From: Marsupella aquatica
Taxonomy: Eukaryota > Plantae > Marchantiophyta
Assembly: GCA_973895155.1 (NCBI GenBank)
Contig: OZ316897.1
Location: 19,168,168 to 19,232,167, forward strand
Reading direction: 5' to 3'
Length of the DNA: 64,000 nt
The notes under the pieces were generated by a model. The model was not told the DNA's origin and did not search any database. It saw only the letters and a list, made by a program, of their open reading frames with translations. A program made the translations under genes and the position numbers. Below, piece by piece: positions 1 to 12,772 of this stretch; position 1 is the stretch's first letter, and the number at the start of each line of letters is the position of its first letter.

Positions 1-2345
1 CATCAATGACCATTTTTTGTAAGTCGTACAACTTGGGAGTGTTTTGCCCAAAGTTGAGTGATGCCCTTCCATGATGCAGAATGTGCGTGTTAAAAAGTGT
101 TGTGGAAGCCAACTGGCATAACTAGTGGCCGAGGGTTGTCAAATACCCCATTCCGCACCATGTGGAGTGGGTAGCATCCCTAATGGCCGGCTACAATCAC
201 GGATATTGCAAATTAGCCCCCGAAACTCCCAACGGGTCATATTGTCCATGGCATGCTTGACTGCCGCATTGACATCATGAATGACTTGTTTTTGTGTCAT
301 ACGCAGGAATGACGTATCCTATGACTCTATAAATGACGAAAATATTCAGTCACTTGTATAAATGATGCAAAATCCCTTGCAAATGACAAAATATGAGTGG
401 TTTGCACCCCTTTGGGCAAATGACTTGAAAGTCGTACAACTTGGGAGTGTTTTGCCCAAAGTTGGGTGATGCCCTATCATTGTGCAAAAGTTTGGTCATA
501 AAACTATTGCTTTGCCAATTAGTGATAACTAGTGGCCCAGGATTGAGGGGCACCCTATCCCACACCATGTGGAGTGGGTAGCATGCTCAATGGCGGGCCC
601 CTATCACCAACAATGGCCGATCAGCGGCCTGAGTTCCAGAAGAGTCATATTGTCCATGGCATGCATGACTGCTACATTGACATGAACAATGACTCGTTTC
701 CGTGTCATTTGAATAAATGACATATCCTAGCACTCATAAAATGACCAACACAATGACTCACAGGCACAATTGACTGAAAATGGCTTGGGAATGACCATAT
801 GGGAGTGATTTGGACCCCTTTGGACAAATGACTCCAAAGTCATACAACTTGGGAGTGTTTTGCCCAAAGTTGGGCCATGCCCTTCCATGATGCAAAATGT
901 GTGTGTTAAAAAGTGTTGTGGAGGCCAAGTGGCATAACTAGTGGCCCAGGGTTGGTGAGTACCCTGTCGCACACCATGTGGAGTGGGTAGGATCCCTAAT
1001 GGTGGGCTACAATCATGGATATGGCCAGTCAACCCCCGGAGGCCCCAAAGAGTCATATTGTCCATGGTATGCAGGACTGCACTATTGACATCATGAATGA
1101 CCCCTATTTGTGTCATTTGCTCATATGACATCCCCTGGCACTGCATAAATGACAAAAACTTTTAGTCAATCGCACAAATGACTCTATATCCCTTGCAAAT
1201 GACAAAATGCGAGTGGTTTGCACCCCTTTGGGCAAATGACTCCAAAGTCATACAACTTGGGAGTGTTTTGCCCAAAGTTGGGCCATGCCCTTCCATGATG
1301 CAAAATGTGTGTGTTAAAAAGTGTTGTGGAGGCCAAGTAGCATAACTAGTGGCCCAAGGTTGGTGAGTACCCTGTGGCACACCATGTGGAGTAGGTAGCA
1401 TCCCTAATGGTGGGCTACAATCATGGATATGGCCAGTCGACCCCCGGAGGCCCCAAAGAGTCATATTGTCCATGGCATGCATGACTGCAACAATGACATC
1501 ATCAATGACTTATTTTTGTGTCATTTGCTTAAATGACACCCCTCGGCACTCCACAAATGACAAAAACCTTTACTCACGCACAAATGACTCAAGATCCCTT
1601 GCAAATGACCAAATTAGAATGATTTGCACCCCTTTGGGCAAATGACTCCAAAGTCATACAACTTGGGAGTGTTTTGCCCAAAGTTGGGTGATGCCCTTCC
1701 GCGATGTAAAATGTGTGTTTAAAAAAGTGTTGTGGAGGCCAAGTGGCATAACTAGTGGCTCAGGGTGTACAAGTACTCCATCCCGCACCATGTGGAGTGG
1801 GTAGCATCCCTAATGGCCGGCTACGATCGCGTATATTGCGAATAAGCCCCCAAAGGCCCCAAGGAGTCATATTGTCCATGGCATGCTTGACTGCCACATT
1901 GACATCATCAATGACTTATTTTTGTGTCATTTGCTTAAATGACACCCCTCGGCACTCCACAAATGACAAAAACCTTTACTCACACGCACAAATGACTCAA
2001 GATCCCTTGCAAATGACCAAATTAGAATGATTTGCACCCCTTTGGGCAAATGACTCCAAAGTCATACAACTTGGGAGTGTTTTGCCCAAAGTTGGGTGAT
2101 GCCCTTCCATGATGCAAAATGTGTATTTTAAAAAGTGTTGTGGAGGCCAAGTGGCATAACTAGTGGCCTAGGGTTGTCAAGTACCCTATCCCGCACCATG
2201 TGAAGTGGGTATCATCCTTAATGGTCGGCCCCTATCACCAATGGGGTCAATCAGCCACCAAAGGCTCTTAAGAGTCATATTCTGCATGGCATACATGACC
2301 ACAACATTGACATCCCAAATGACATTTGCATAAATGACATCTGGC
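1..2345. repeat. Tandem array of ~408-bp units (more than 5.5 copies) inside the CACTAG element
   Basis: ACAACTTGGGAGTGTTTTGCCCAAAGTTG recurs at 28, 436, 844, 1252, 1658 and 2066. Units are rich in ATGAC/GTCAT. Confidence 0.95.
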
Positions 2346-3261
2346 GGCACTTGTCAAATGACTAGAAAGTTGAGTGAGAGTAAAAATGATTGGGAATCCT
2401 TTGCAAATAACATGAATAATATATTGAAAAAAATGACATGAGCAAATATAGGCATGTAGTACCTAAATTCTAAACCTTAAACCCTAGACCTATGCTAGAG
2501 AGTGTTATTTGGCAACCTTGCATGCCCCCATATATACTCAAACATGTGAAATGTGAATACAGCTTAAGGAATGTAAACACTGTCTTCAGGAGTCCTTGGC
2601 ATATATAGGAAAGATGTAATGAATGGGTGCAAGTATATATTTAAATGTACATAGTTACTTATTAGAGATTATCAAGCCTTTAAGTTGTACATCAATTTAA
2701 TGATGAGACTCACAACAAAAGAAGGCTTGTTAGGTCTCTAAATGTATTTCAAATCTAATATGTGAGTGCCACTAGTCTTTATATATACTACCATACATTT
2801 TGGATGACTAATCATACCCTAAACCCTAAAACATATACTAAACCATAAACCTCAAAATAGTCATATGTTGTTTATCATGTCATTTATCACTTTTGGTTTA
2901 AATGACTACTAACATTTTTAAACACTGATATTTGCATATTTGATTTATTAGTCATTAGTCACCGTCGTCTGAAATGACTTCCCATATGTGAAACACTGAT
3001 ATGACAGAGTTTTTGTTAATTGTGTCATTCACAAAGACTGTCCAAAATGACTACAACTCATGATTGTTGTCATTATAGCAGTCAAAGTCATTTGGCTCAT
3101 TGGTTTAAATGACACTATTGCAAGTATTAGTCATTTTTTGCACCCCGTCATTTTGGACAGTCATTTCAATGTCATTTATGTTATGTCATTTACATATTTT
3201 GTCATTTGAGCACATAAGTCATATGTGTCATAGTCATAAAAGGCCCCATTTTCTACTAGTG
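1..3261. mobile_element. Right end of a CACTA (En/Spm) transposon of the CACTAG type; left end lies outside the window
   Basis: Ends in ...GGCCCCATTTTCTACTAGTG at 3261 (reverse complement CACTAGTAGAAAATGGGGCC). Dense subterminal ATGAC/GTCAT motifs at about 2860-3240. Followed by TTA, the expected 3-bp TSD copy. Confidence 0.85.
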
Positions 3262-3579
3262 TTAGCAATGCCTTGACGGATCTTGTGGCTCAAATTTCAT
3301 GAACCAAATCTGGAAGAAGGAGGGGAAAATCTGCCAATATACAATGAATTAAGCCATGCCTTATGTTGAACCAGAAAAAAAGGACGATAGATTGTAACCC
3401 TCCATATTTACAACAATGACTAGAAATGCATGAGAAAACGTTATACCTTTCAGATGCCCGGGCTCTCGCAAGGCATTATCATGCATTAGCCAAAACTTTA
3501 AAAAACATGGGGAAGTGCCCTACAACGCCAAAGAGTTTTCCACTCCATGTTAATGAGATAGAGAAAGAAATATAAGTAA

Positions 3580-4160
3580 CCCAAACCCTACCCTAAACCC
3601 AAACCATGAAATGAAACCTTCATTAAAACCTAACCCAAATCCCTCAGTCACCCTAAACCCTTACCCTCACCCTAACCAATACTCAAATCCCTCATTAAAA
3701 ATTCAAACCTTTACCCTAAACCCAAACCCCTACCCTAAACCCAAACCATGAAATGAAACCCTTCATTAAAACCTAACCCAAATCCCTCAATCACCCTAAA
3801 CCCTTACCCTTATCCTAACCAATACCCAAATCCCTCATTAAAAATTCAAACCTTTACCCTAAACCCAAACACCTACCCTAAACCCAAACCATGAAATGAA
3901 ACCCTTCATTAAAACCTAACCCAAATCCCTCAAGCACCCTAACCCCTTACCCTTATCCTAACCAATACCCAAATCCCTCATTAAAAATTCAAACCTTTAC
4001 CCTAAACCCAAACACCTACCCTAAACCCAAACCATGAAATGAAACCCTTCATTAAAACCTAACCCAAATCCCTCAAGCACCCTAACCCCTTACCCTTATC
4101 CTAACCAATACCCAAATCCCTCATTAAAAATTCAAACCTTTACCCTAAACCCAACCCAAA
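3580..4160. repeat. ~143-bp tandem repeat (4 copies) rich in telomere-like CCCTAAA / telo-box motifs; degenerate AC-rich continuation to about 4700
   Basis: CCCTAAACCCAAACCATGAAATGAAACC recurs at about 3591, 3733, 3876 and 4019. Confidence 0.9.
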
Positions 4161-7100
4161 TCCCCCAATTACATATAAAACCCTTACCCTATCTACACCT
4201 TACTTTACCTATATAGGCCAACCCCCACCCCTATAGTTATTCTAAACTTCACCCTAACCCCTAAATTGAGGCCCTTTTTAAAACTTAAGCAAAAATTGTA
4301 CCCCCTCAATTAGAACCAAATCCAACCCTATATCATGTTACACCCCAACCCAAACACTTACATTAGAAACCCAACCCCTTTAAAAAAACCACAATTAAAC
4401 CCCCCAACTAAAAACCAAACCCAATCCCTTTAAAAAACAACCACAATTCAACCCCTCAACTAAAACCAAACCCAACCCATGTAATTACTCACAACCTAAT
4501 GCAAACCTCTACCTTGAACCCTAAGCCAAACCCATTAATTTAAACCCAACCCTTTTATTCCAACCTAACCCAAGTTTAACCCCCTTAATTAAACCAAATA
4601 CTCCTAGATTAAAACCAAATATAAACCTAACCTTTAATTAAACCCAAACCTTTGTTAACTTATATTCTAGTTATTCCTTACAACCCAAACATCCATTGAC
4701 ACCCCTTCCATGTTAACTAATGGGCACTTAACATACCTTAAATATCGTTTGACAAACCTTAATAGCCGTTTGACACCCCAAAGTATTTTCCAACCCTAAA
4801 CCGATAAGACTTGCCTCGCAAATTATTTCACAAGTTAGAGAATCTTTTTGCGAACCTATAGCCTTCGCACTTACTTCGCAAAAACAGAGGCCGAGAACAA
4901 TTTTTTGGGTCTTCTGCGGGTTGCGATGGCCTTGCGAAGGGAATAGATTTGGAAGTGCCTTGCAAGTTGCGAGACTATTTGCGAGGGCGCGGGCTTCACA
5001 GTTTCCCATGCGTATGTCATCACAAACCCATTTTTGAACGGCGTAAACATCGGCGGGAGCTCGCATTCGGGCTCATTTCAGTTTTTGAGCAAGACGAGAA
5101 GGGCCGGGGCGCGCGCGACAGTACAAGGGAGACTGTGAGAGAGGGGAGCTATGGCTACCGGTGAGGGGAGTGGAGGGCAAGGTGGTAGTGGTAGTGGTAG
5201 TGGCAATGGGGGAAATCCAGAGAAAGAGAAGAATGCCTGGGCAGACTTAGTGGCCCAACATCTCAATGCTGCACAATTGGGAGAAGTGAATCTCAATTCT
5301 CCAGCAGGGCTTGCCTCTTTGAGTGCCATTCTTGGACAGGTTTTGCAAACTGGGATTGTAGCAGGACAAGCTACTAGAGAGGGGGAGGAGAGGGCCGCAG
5401 CTGAAGAGAAGGCTAGAGAGAAAAAAAGGAAGAGAGAGGAAAGAACTAAGTCGGGAGTTGCCTCTCCTCAAGCCCTAGAGAAGCAGAAGAGAAGAGAGGA
5501 GAGAGATTCAATTCAAAAACAGAGGGAGGAGCAACGTCAGAAAGAGGAAGCCAGAAAAAAACTTCCATTCATTGCCTTGGAGACGAGTGGGACTCCAACT
5601 GAGCTAGCGTATGTAGGGGCTAAGAGCACAATCAAGCAGATTATCACAAGCAATTTCTCACGAGGCATGCAGTGGGGGAAGATTGAGAAGGCAGAGCGAA
5701 AGAGGGTCATCAACCAAATCAGGATGCATTTCGCAATGGGCCTGACATAGATGAGCAATGGTTGGCAGATAAGATTTCAAATTCTATGTCTCAAATGCAA
5801 TACCATGACAGGATGAAGATTAGAGCCCACCTGAAAGACTTGAGATCATACAGGAACTTGCGCAGACCCCTCCACTTCACCGATGACATCTGGAATTTGT
5901 TTTACAAGATTGAGGTGCAAATTAAGGCAGCTCACGAGTTGGAAGAGTGGAAGGGAAATCTAGATCGAGCCTTGAAAGCAAAGGAGGCCGAGAAGCTCCC
6001 CCTGACCACGACCTGAAGCCACTTGAGTAGAAGGTAGCTGAGATGCAAAAGGTGGCCGACCAGGAGGGAAAGCCACCCAAGCGTTTCACAGATGCAGCCA
6101 AACGAGTGAAATCCACCCCCAATCCAGTCCACAAGTTGGGTCAAGGCGGGCTCCCCGGCCTCAAGTCACACTTTGTGAGTGCCTCTTGCTCCTCCCTAAC
6201 CTCTCTATTCCTTTCAGAGTTGTGCAACATTTGCAAGTGAATGACATCCCCGAATGTTCTTGCTGTTGTGCATGCTTGCTTGGTTACTAGTTTAGGGCAA
6301 CTCTGACACTTAGAATTTTTGGCAAATTTTTAAAAACTCTCGGGAACACAGTTTGCGAAGGTGTTGCGATGCGCATTTGTTTGCAAACCCCTCGCAAAGT
6401 CTATCATGGACTTTTTCCATTTCAATTTTCCAATGCCTTTGCGAACAAATGCGCATCGCAAACTCCATCGCAACGCCTTCGCAAAAAATGTGGTTTGCAA
6501 GTTGTCATGCTTATAGGTTCGCAAATTTGAATTTTAAATTTTGTTTGGGTCGTGTTTAGTAGTTGAGGATTTAGGCGTCACTTGTGGCTATAGGGTATGC
6601 TTAAGGGCAAATTTAACCAATTTTAATTGGTTCTATGCCTGGCAGTATCGGAGGTACAAAAGGAAGATATCAAAAAAGCATATTGAGGTGGCGATAGAGC
6701 ATGGACGAAAGTACCTCTTTGCGATGGTAGATGCCGAGTTGGCTACTGTAAGTGTCTAAGTGTGAACCATATGATTAGCATGCGAACATTGTGAGTGACC
6801 CTTTATATCTTGCGGAAACTAATGATATGTAATGGATGCAGGATTCGGATGAGCCTGAGGGGTCGAGTGCTGATGTGAGCAGTAGTGATGACGATGAGGG
6901 GGCTACTCCTGGTACTAGTGGTGCTCGGGGGGGGGAGTAGTCGTGAGGTAGGTTCTTCCCACCGTGGTAGTGGTGGTAGTCGTGTGTCATTCACTACAAC
7001 ATATTTGACACTTTTGCGAAGGTATTTTTGTCGACGCTCTTGTATTTCCGATGGGCGGCGCTTTGCATATTTTGCGAATCAACCCGCATCGCAATTTGCG

Positions 7101-7952
7101 ATTCTATCCCTATCGCAAATATAATAGCTGAAGCGCATCATATCGCTAATAAATTGCGAAGTAAGTGGTTTTGCAATTTTTACCGAAATGCGTCGAATGG
7201 AAAGGCACCTTCTGAAGACGGAAAAATCGCTCGCCGACTCCGAAACTAACTCATGTAAATATTTGTGAAGAATATTGGATTGAAAATGTTTTGCGATAGT
7301 AGTTGTTTGACAAGTTTAAGAATGTCGGAGGATGGAAGATTTGCGAAACGCTGAAAATATGAAATTTGTGATTGATTTTGCATCACAAGTTTGCGAAGAG
7401 TGTAGTATGGAAATATTGAGAAACGAGAAGCTTCATATAAATTGCGAGTCCGGTGAGAGTTTGTGAGCTTCGCAAATTGTTCGCAAACTAAAAATTAAGG
7501 TTATTGTGAGGTGAGACAATGAAGAGGGTGGATGGTCCAATATATGGATGGGGCAGGAGGGAAGAGGAAGGGAGGATGGAGGGAGGTACAATGAAGGATG
7601 GAAAAGGGAGGGAGTACAATGGAAGAGGAAGGAGGGAGGAGAAAGAGGAAGGGAGGAGGAGGGACAGACGTACCACGGAGGAGGGAAACACGAGGGTGAG
7701 AATGAAAATTATGGAATAAGTAGGAAATAAAGTTATATTGAGCAACAGAGGTTAGATAGAAAGTTGCATGTAAAATTCACAAGTGATCACAATAAAACAA
7801 TACAATACATATGTCATGAGTATGACTCATTCAAAAGTGAATGGCAAATATAAATATAGACAATCCTTTTTTTTATATCACCAAACATGAACAAATCAAA
7901 TATAACATGAACAAATGTCTAGGCTGGACCCAAGTGCATATAAATATGTCCC

Positions 7953-10900
7953 TCACACTTGGTCCTCATCGGCCTCAAGGTCATCTAGGTCTGATACAAT
8001 AACATCTGGCTTCTCAGAAACAATGGAACGAGAACGTGGCACATAGATGATGACCATTGACCACTCGGTGTCTAAGGGGTATGGAATGTAGAAACATTGC
8101 TCCAAGTGTGATGGGAAAGCAAATGGTTCTGACGTTTGCCAATGAGATGCTTGAACACTAGTGGCACTTGTCTTCAACCGTGTAAACCCACTCTCATCTT
8201 GAAGTACAGTGCAATTTTGACCAACAAGGTTCACTTTGAACCACTTGCACTTGAAGACATATTCCTCAAACTTTGAATGGTTGTCATATGATACCACCAA
8301 GATCTCCTCTATCTTCCCATAGTGTGGCACAACATCTCTAACAATGTTCCTGTCATGGCGGCTGCTTCTGGAGTCTTGAGAAAATTCCCCTTGAACTCCA
8401 CAATCAAAAGTACGACCCCTCTTCTCATCAAGGGAAGAAACCCTAAAATTAACAAAACCCACAAATTTTTATTACACTATAAAAGATACCATTAATGTAA
8501 TAATCATCAAAATATGACACCCATCCCTAAATAGCCAAAACCCACATGGCCTATGGCATAAATATAGAAGCCAACATTACAGTTATGGATGTCATTAATG
8601 ATAATAGAAAGTTTTTAAACAATAGAAATAACTAATCAAAATAAGGTCTACATGAATTAATAGAGGAAGAAAGGTTAGGTACTAGTGGACCTGAAGTGTC
8701 TCCCTTGTGTCCACATAGCCGTCTTGGATGTCACCACTCTCAAAGGGCCATGAACAATGGTCCGAACGTCATCTGTGATGGTAGGAAAGTGGGACACATC
8801 TCCTCCTTGTGTCACCATGTCATCCAACTCAAGCAACTTTTGCTTCATATACTCATGCATCTTAGGAAAAATTCTTGCTCTTTGACTTGTTCTCTTGGCA
8901 TTCTCATAAAACTCTCTCCATTTCTCCATGATATTACTATTACTCAACATAAATGTTGTCAACTGTGACCACTCTGTTGATGTCAACATGCGTGTTTTTG
9001 TGGCACCTGTTAAACGGTCCTCCTCCTCTTCTCTTTCCTCCATCCAAGTACGTGGACAAGTAGGATCAATGGTGGCCAAGATGTTACTACAATAAAACAT
9101 ACTCTCTGCTGCCAAGTATCCTGTAGCTATGCTTCCCTCCACCCGTGCACGGTTACGTACATAAGCCTTCAACACCGCCATGTAACGCTCAAGCCAATAC
9201 ATCCATCTACAATGCACTGGACCTGCAATGGCAACCTCCCGCACAAGATGCACAAGTAAATGAACCTGACAATCAAAGAAGGAAGGAGGAAGGGCTTTCT
9301 CCAACTTGCATACCACCTCAGCTGCCAATACCTCCATCCCAAGGATCTCTTCTACATATATCTCCTTTGAGCATATCCATCTCAACAAACGACCCAATGA
9401 CCAGATGGCATCTTGCACTTCTTCACTCCCTATACCTATAATTGCCACTGGCAATATATGCTGCAATAGGCGATGATAGTCATGTGTCTTCAGATATCGT
9501 GGCCACTTGTGATTGTCCTCCATCCCAAAAGCTTTTCGAAGGTTGGCACCATAGCCTGTAGGAAACCGCATCTCTCCTATACGGTTCCGAAATTCACGTC
9601 TTTGGCCAACACTCAACACCCAAGGAGCAGAAGGACGATTCTCCACACCTGTGATAGGATCAATTGTCACCCAAACATCTGGATGCATTTCCATCTCCTC
9701 GCATGCCTCCCTAAAATTAGTGTCCTTCTCCCCATAAAAATGCTTTATCAAAGCCTTCCCCACATTTCCCTCTATGTGCATGGGGTCTAAAAGATGGCGG
9801 ATCTTCAACTCAGACCAATAGGGCAAAGTGGCTAGTATACTCCACCTGGTCAAACCTGTCCTATCAAAGGTGAAGGAATCATTTGGGTCTGCCACCCTAT
9901 TAGCTAGTGACTTCCAATGTGCAAAACTTGTTGCATCAGGAATTTCACGCTCATCACCAAATGGCATGTCAAAGGAGGAGAATAGAAGTGGGTCAAACCT
10001 CATCTCATGCCCCATGGGAAGAAACTTTGTATGCCCAATATAAAAAATCTTTCTAATCCATGAACAATATGTGGCCATGTCCTCTAAGCTTGGGCCACAA
10101 GTAGAGCAAGCTTTGTACCCCTGAGTTTGCAATCCAGAGACAAAACCAAACCCTGCTTACATGGAAGAAATCAAACCATGCAAACTTTATGTTAGGGTTG
10201 TCACATGAGAAACATCAATAGGAACTACACATTATTGAAGGGTTGCAAATGGCATGGAAGTCATCTTACCAGGATAGTCATGCATTGTCCAACAAATGAT
10301 CCCTCTCAATTGAAAGACACGTGGAAAACCTCCTGTAATTTTCCTGCCATCATATGCCCACACTCCATTCCATAATTTTTGAAGTTCTCCAACCAATAGT
10401 GCCAAGTAAGTGTCAAAGTTCTTCACCTTTTTTGGACCTGGGATAATCAAAGACAATAAAAGGAACCCCTTCTTCATGGATAGCCATGGTGGGAGGTTAT
10501 AATTCATGACAACCACAGGCCAAACTGATGTAGGTTGCCCCTTTCCTCCAAGTGAATGAGGGCTAACTCCATCAGATGCCAATCCTAGCCTCACATGGCG
10601 AGGATCATGTGCAAAGTCTGGCCATGTTGCCTCAATATGTTTGTGAGCAGGGGAGTCAACTGGCAACCGCATGACACCAGACTCTGATCGATGAGTCTTA
10701 TGCCATACCATCAACTCTGCCAAGTCAGAACACCGATACATGTGCAACAACCGAGGAATGATGGGAAACCAACGAACAGCCTTCCTTGGCACCTTCTTTG
10801 TTAGCATGTTGGGGTCATAGCGAGGCTCATCACATGTTGTACATTGTGTCATGTTTGCATTGGCCCCATGAAATAACATGCAATCATTCACACATGCATG

Positions 10901-12772
10901 AACAATATGATATTCCATGCCAATAGATGAGAGAACACTCTTTGCCTCCTTCCAAGTTGCTGGCAACACATTCTCAGTGGGCAACATAAGGTCATGGCAA
11001 AGTGCAAACATATCAGATAACAAGGCATTGCTTGCCTTGTGTTTGGCCTGTAGGTTCATCAACCCCAAGATGGCTGAAAGACGACTCAAACGAGCACCCT
11101 CATAGATAGGTGTTCGGGCATGTTCCTCTGCTTCTTCCCATTGGCGTTGTCCCTCAGGGGTATGCCTTGGGCGTGGATCATTGGGGGGCACCTGCCCTTC
11201 ATTGGGAAGGTCATCACCAAGGTTGTCGGCACCAAACCAATCAACCATAAAGTCATCCATGGCTCTATCCTGGTCATCAGTTACTTGTTCATCCGTCCGA
11301 GGTACCTCTTCATCAGGGTTACTGCTTCCACTAGCACTTGATGAGGAGTGTGACTCTGATCCATGTCCTTCTTCTGGCATACCCATTTCTCGATATGTTG
11401 CTCTCAATCTCCGTGGTAACATATTTGGAGAGGGTCGCACATTCTAAAAACAAAGCAAACAATTGAAAGTTATATTGCAAAGAGAACACACACAAAAATG
11501 GGCTAGGGGTGTGCAAAAATGAAATAATATTGGTTGTGGTGCAAATACAAAATGTGGCCAAAGGCCATATGTAGTGCCCTTTGATATGCAACATACCACC
11601 TATGACCCTTAACTTAACCCTAATCCCACTCATAGTGAGTAAATAACTCATCCCCTGAGTTAATGGTCCTTGTTGCTACAACTAGGCAATGGTCATGATG
11701 ATATGTCTGGCCATAAGGTGCTGGCGGAGGACCCTCAATGAAAACCCACTCACAATTTTGCCTACGCTTAGGGCGAATCCCCACGGTACTGTTTATGAAA
11801 CCAGCAATATTCCCAGTCCGTATGGGGTCCCCATCTATGACACGCTGCTCACTATACCTTCTAGTGTTTCCATCAAAAGTATCCATGTCCAATGCATAAG
11901 TCTTCCACTCAGGGTGTTGTGCAAGGATCATGTTCCAATGTCTTCTCTTGTAGATGGGTCCACCATAAGGAAACAAAGTAGGCCCCTCTCGGCCGCGTCC
12001 ACCTCTACCACTCTCGGCGTCCACAATGATGTCCTCACAGGCAAAAACTCCATAGCCATGTCTATCCCCAAGTGTGGAAGGTTTGATAACCCAACGTCTA
12101 CCCCAAACCTCTATCTCCGCACCGTAGGAAAGCTGTTGTGGCAAACCAAGAGTCTCAGGATCCCAGTCCTTGATGATAGGGACACATCTGCCAGTGAACT
12201 CACAATCACCCCACCGACCCGTAACCACTGCCTTGTACAAATCAGTATCCCCTCGGGCCCGCCTCTTGGAACGCTTTCTCCCTCTTGGGACAATAACCTC
12301 AACCCCAACTTCCCTAGGACTGGTGGGCCTTGCCGCTAGACCCAAGGCTTTTGAGAATGCATTGCCTATAGCATCTAGAACACCTTGTGATGGGACATAG
12401 GGTGCTTGTGCCGCAGGTCTAGGCCTATTGGATACCTATTCCACCGAAACCAAAACAAACAAAAGTAGGTGTGAAATTGCAAACCTTCAACCATTGAGTA
12501 ATGGGAATAGGGTAGGAAAACTAAGGCATAACACTTACCATATGAGATGAAGAAGCCCCTGCCGTATGACGTCCACAACGCCCATATCTCTCAATATGTT
12601 GGGCACATATGTAAGATTTTTGGGAAACCTGACCCACACATCTGGAACATTCACAAAGTTGACGGGGTGGACCGCGAGGAGGAGGTGCGGTCGTGTGATG
12701 TTGAGGTGGAGGTGGTGTATCTTCATCAGAGGAGGACGAGTCTGTGGTGGAGATTTCAGAAGATGAAGACAT
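7953..12772 (-). CDS. CACTA TnpD-type DDE transposase; exons 12772-12539, 11443-10270, 10152-8691, 8442-7953; ~1119 aa
   Basis: N-terminal CECSRC...H motif (transposase-associated domain-like). IVHACVNDCMLF, RLGLASDG, WPVVVMNYNLPPW and HDYPG (Transposase_21). LDPMHIEGNV, FPTGY, KTHDYH, HLLVHL and WMYWLERYM (DUF4218 region). FKCKWF and EPFAFPSH (DUF4216). The GT-AG junctions keep the frame, giving 3360 nt in total. Confidence 0.92.
11620..12435 (-). CDS. SET-domain exon inside the transposase first coding intron; predicted 349-aa isoform when joined to exon 12772-12539
   Basis: SET motifs HGYGVFA, PYGG, IDG...GNIAGFINS and VVATRTINSGDELFTHY. Polypyrimidine tract plus AG at 12437-12436, phase 0. 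Own stop codon at 11620. Confidence 0.8.
   Translation of the reverse strand, partial: VSNRPRPAAQAPYVPSQGVLDAIGNAFSKALGLAARPTSPREVGVEVIVPRGRKRSKRRARGDTDLYKAVVTGRWGDCEFTGRCVPIIKDWDPETLGLPQQLSYGAEIEVWGRRWVIKPSTLGDRHGYGVFACEDIIVDAESGRGGRGREGPTLFPYGGPIYKRRHWNMILAQHPEWKTYALDMDTFDGNTRRYSEQRVIDGDPIRTGNIAGFINSTVGIRPKRRQNCEWVFIEGPPPAPYGQTYHHDHCLVVATRTINSGDELFTHYEWD

Noticed and set aside
727-2030. Near-identical ORFs (142, 106 and 91 aa) in the left array
   Set aside because: By-products of a 408-bp repeat whose length is a multiple of three; no protein motifs.
3580-4700. True telomere or interstitial telomeric array
   Set aside because: CCCTAAA motifs are dispersed within 143-bp units rather than forming (CCCTAAA)n, and they lie inside a transposon.
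7488-7745. ORFs in the GA-rich tract downstream of the transposase
   Set aside because: Low-complexity purine tract that is open in several frames.
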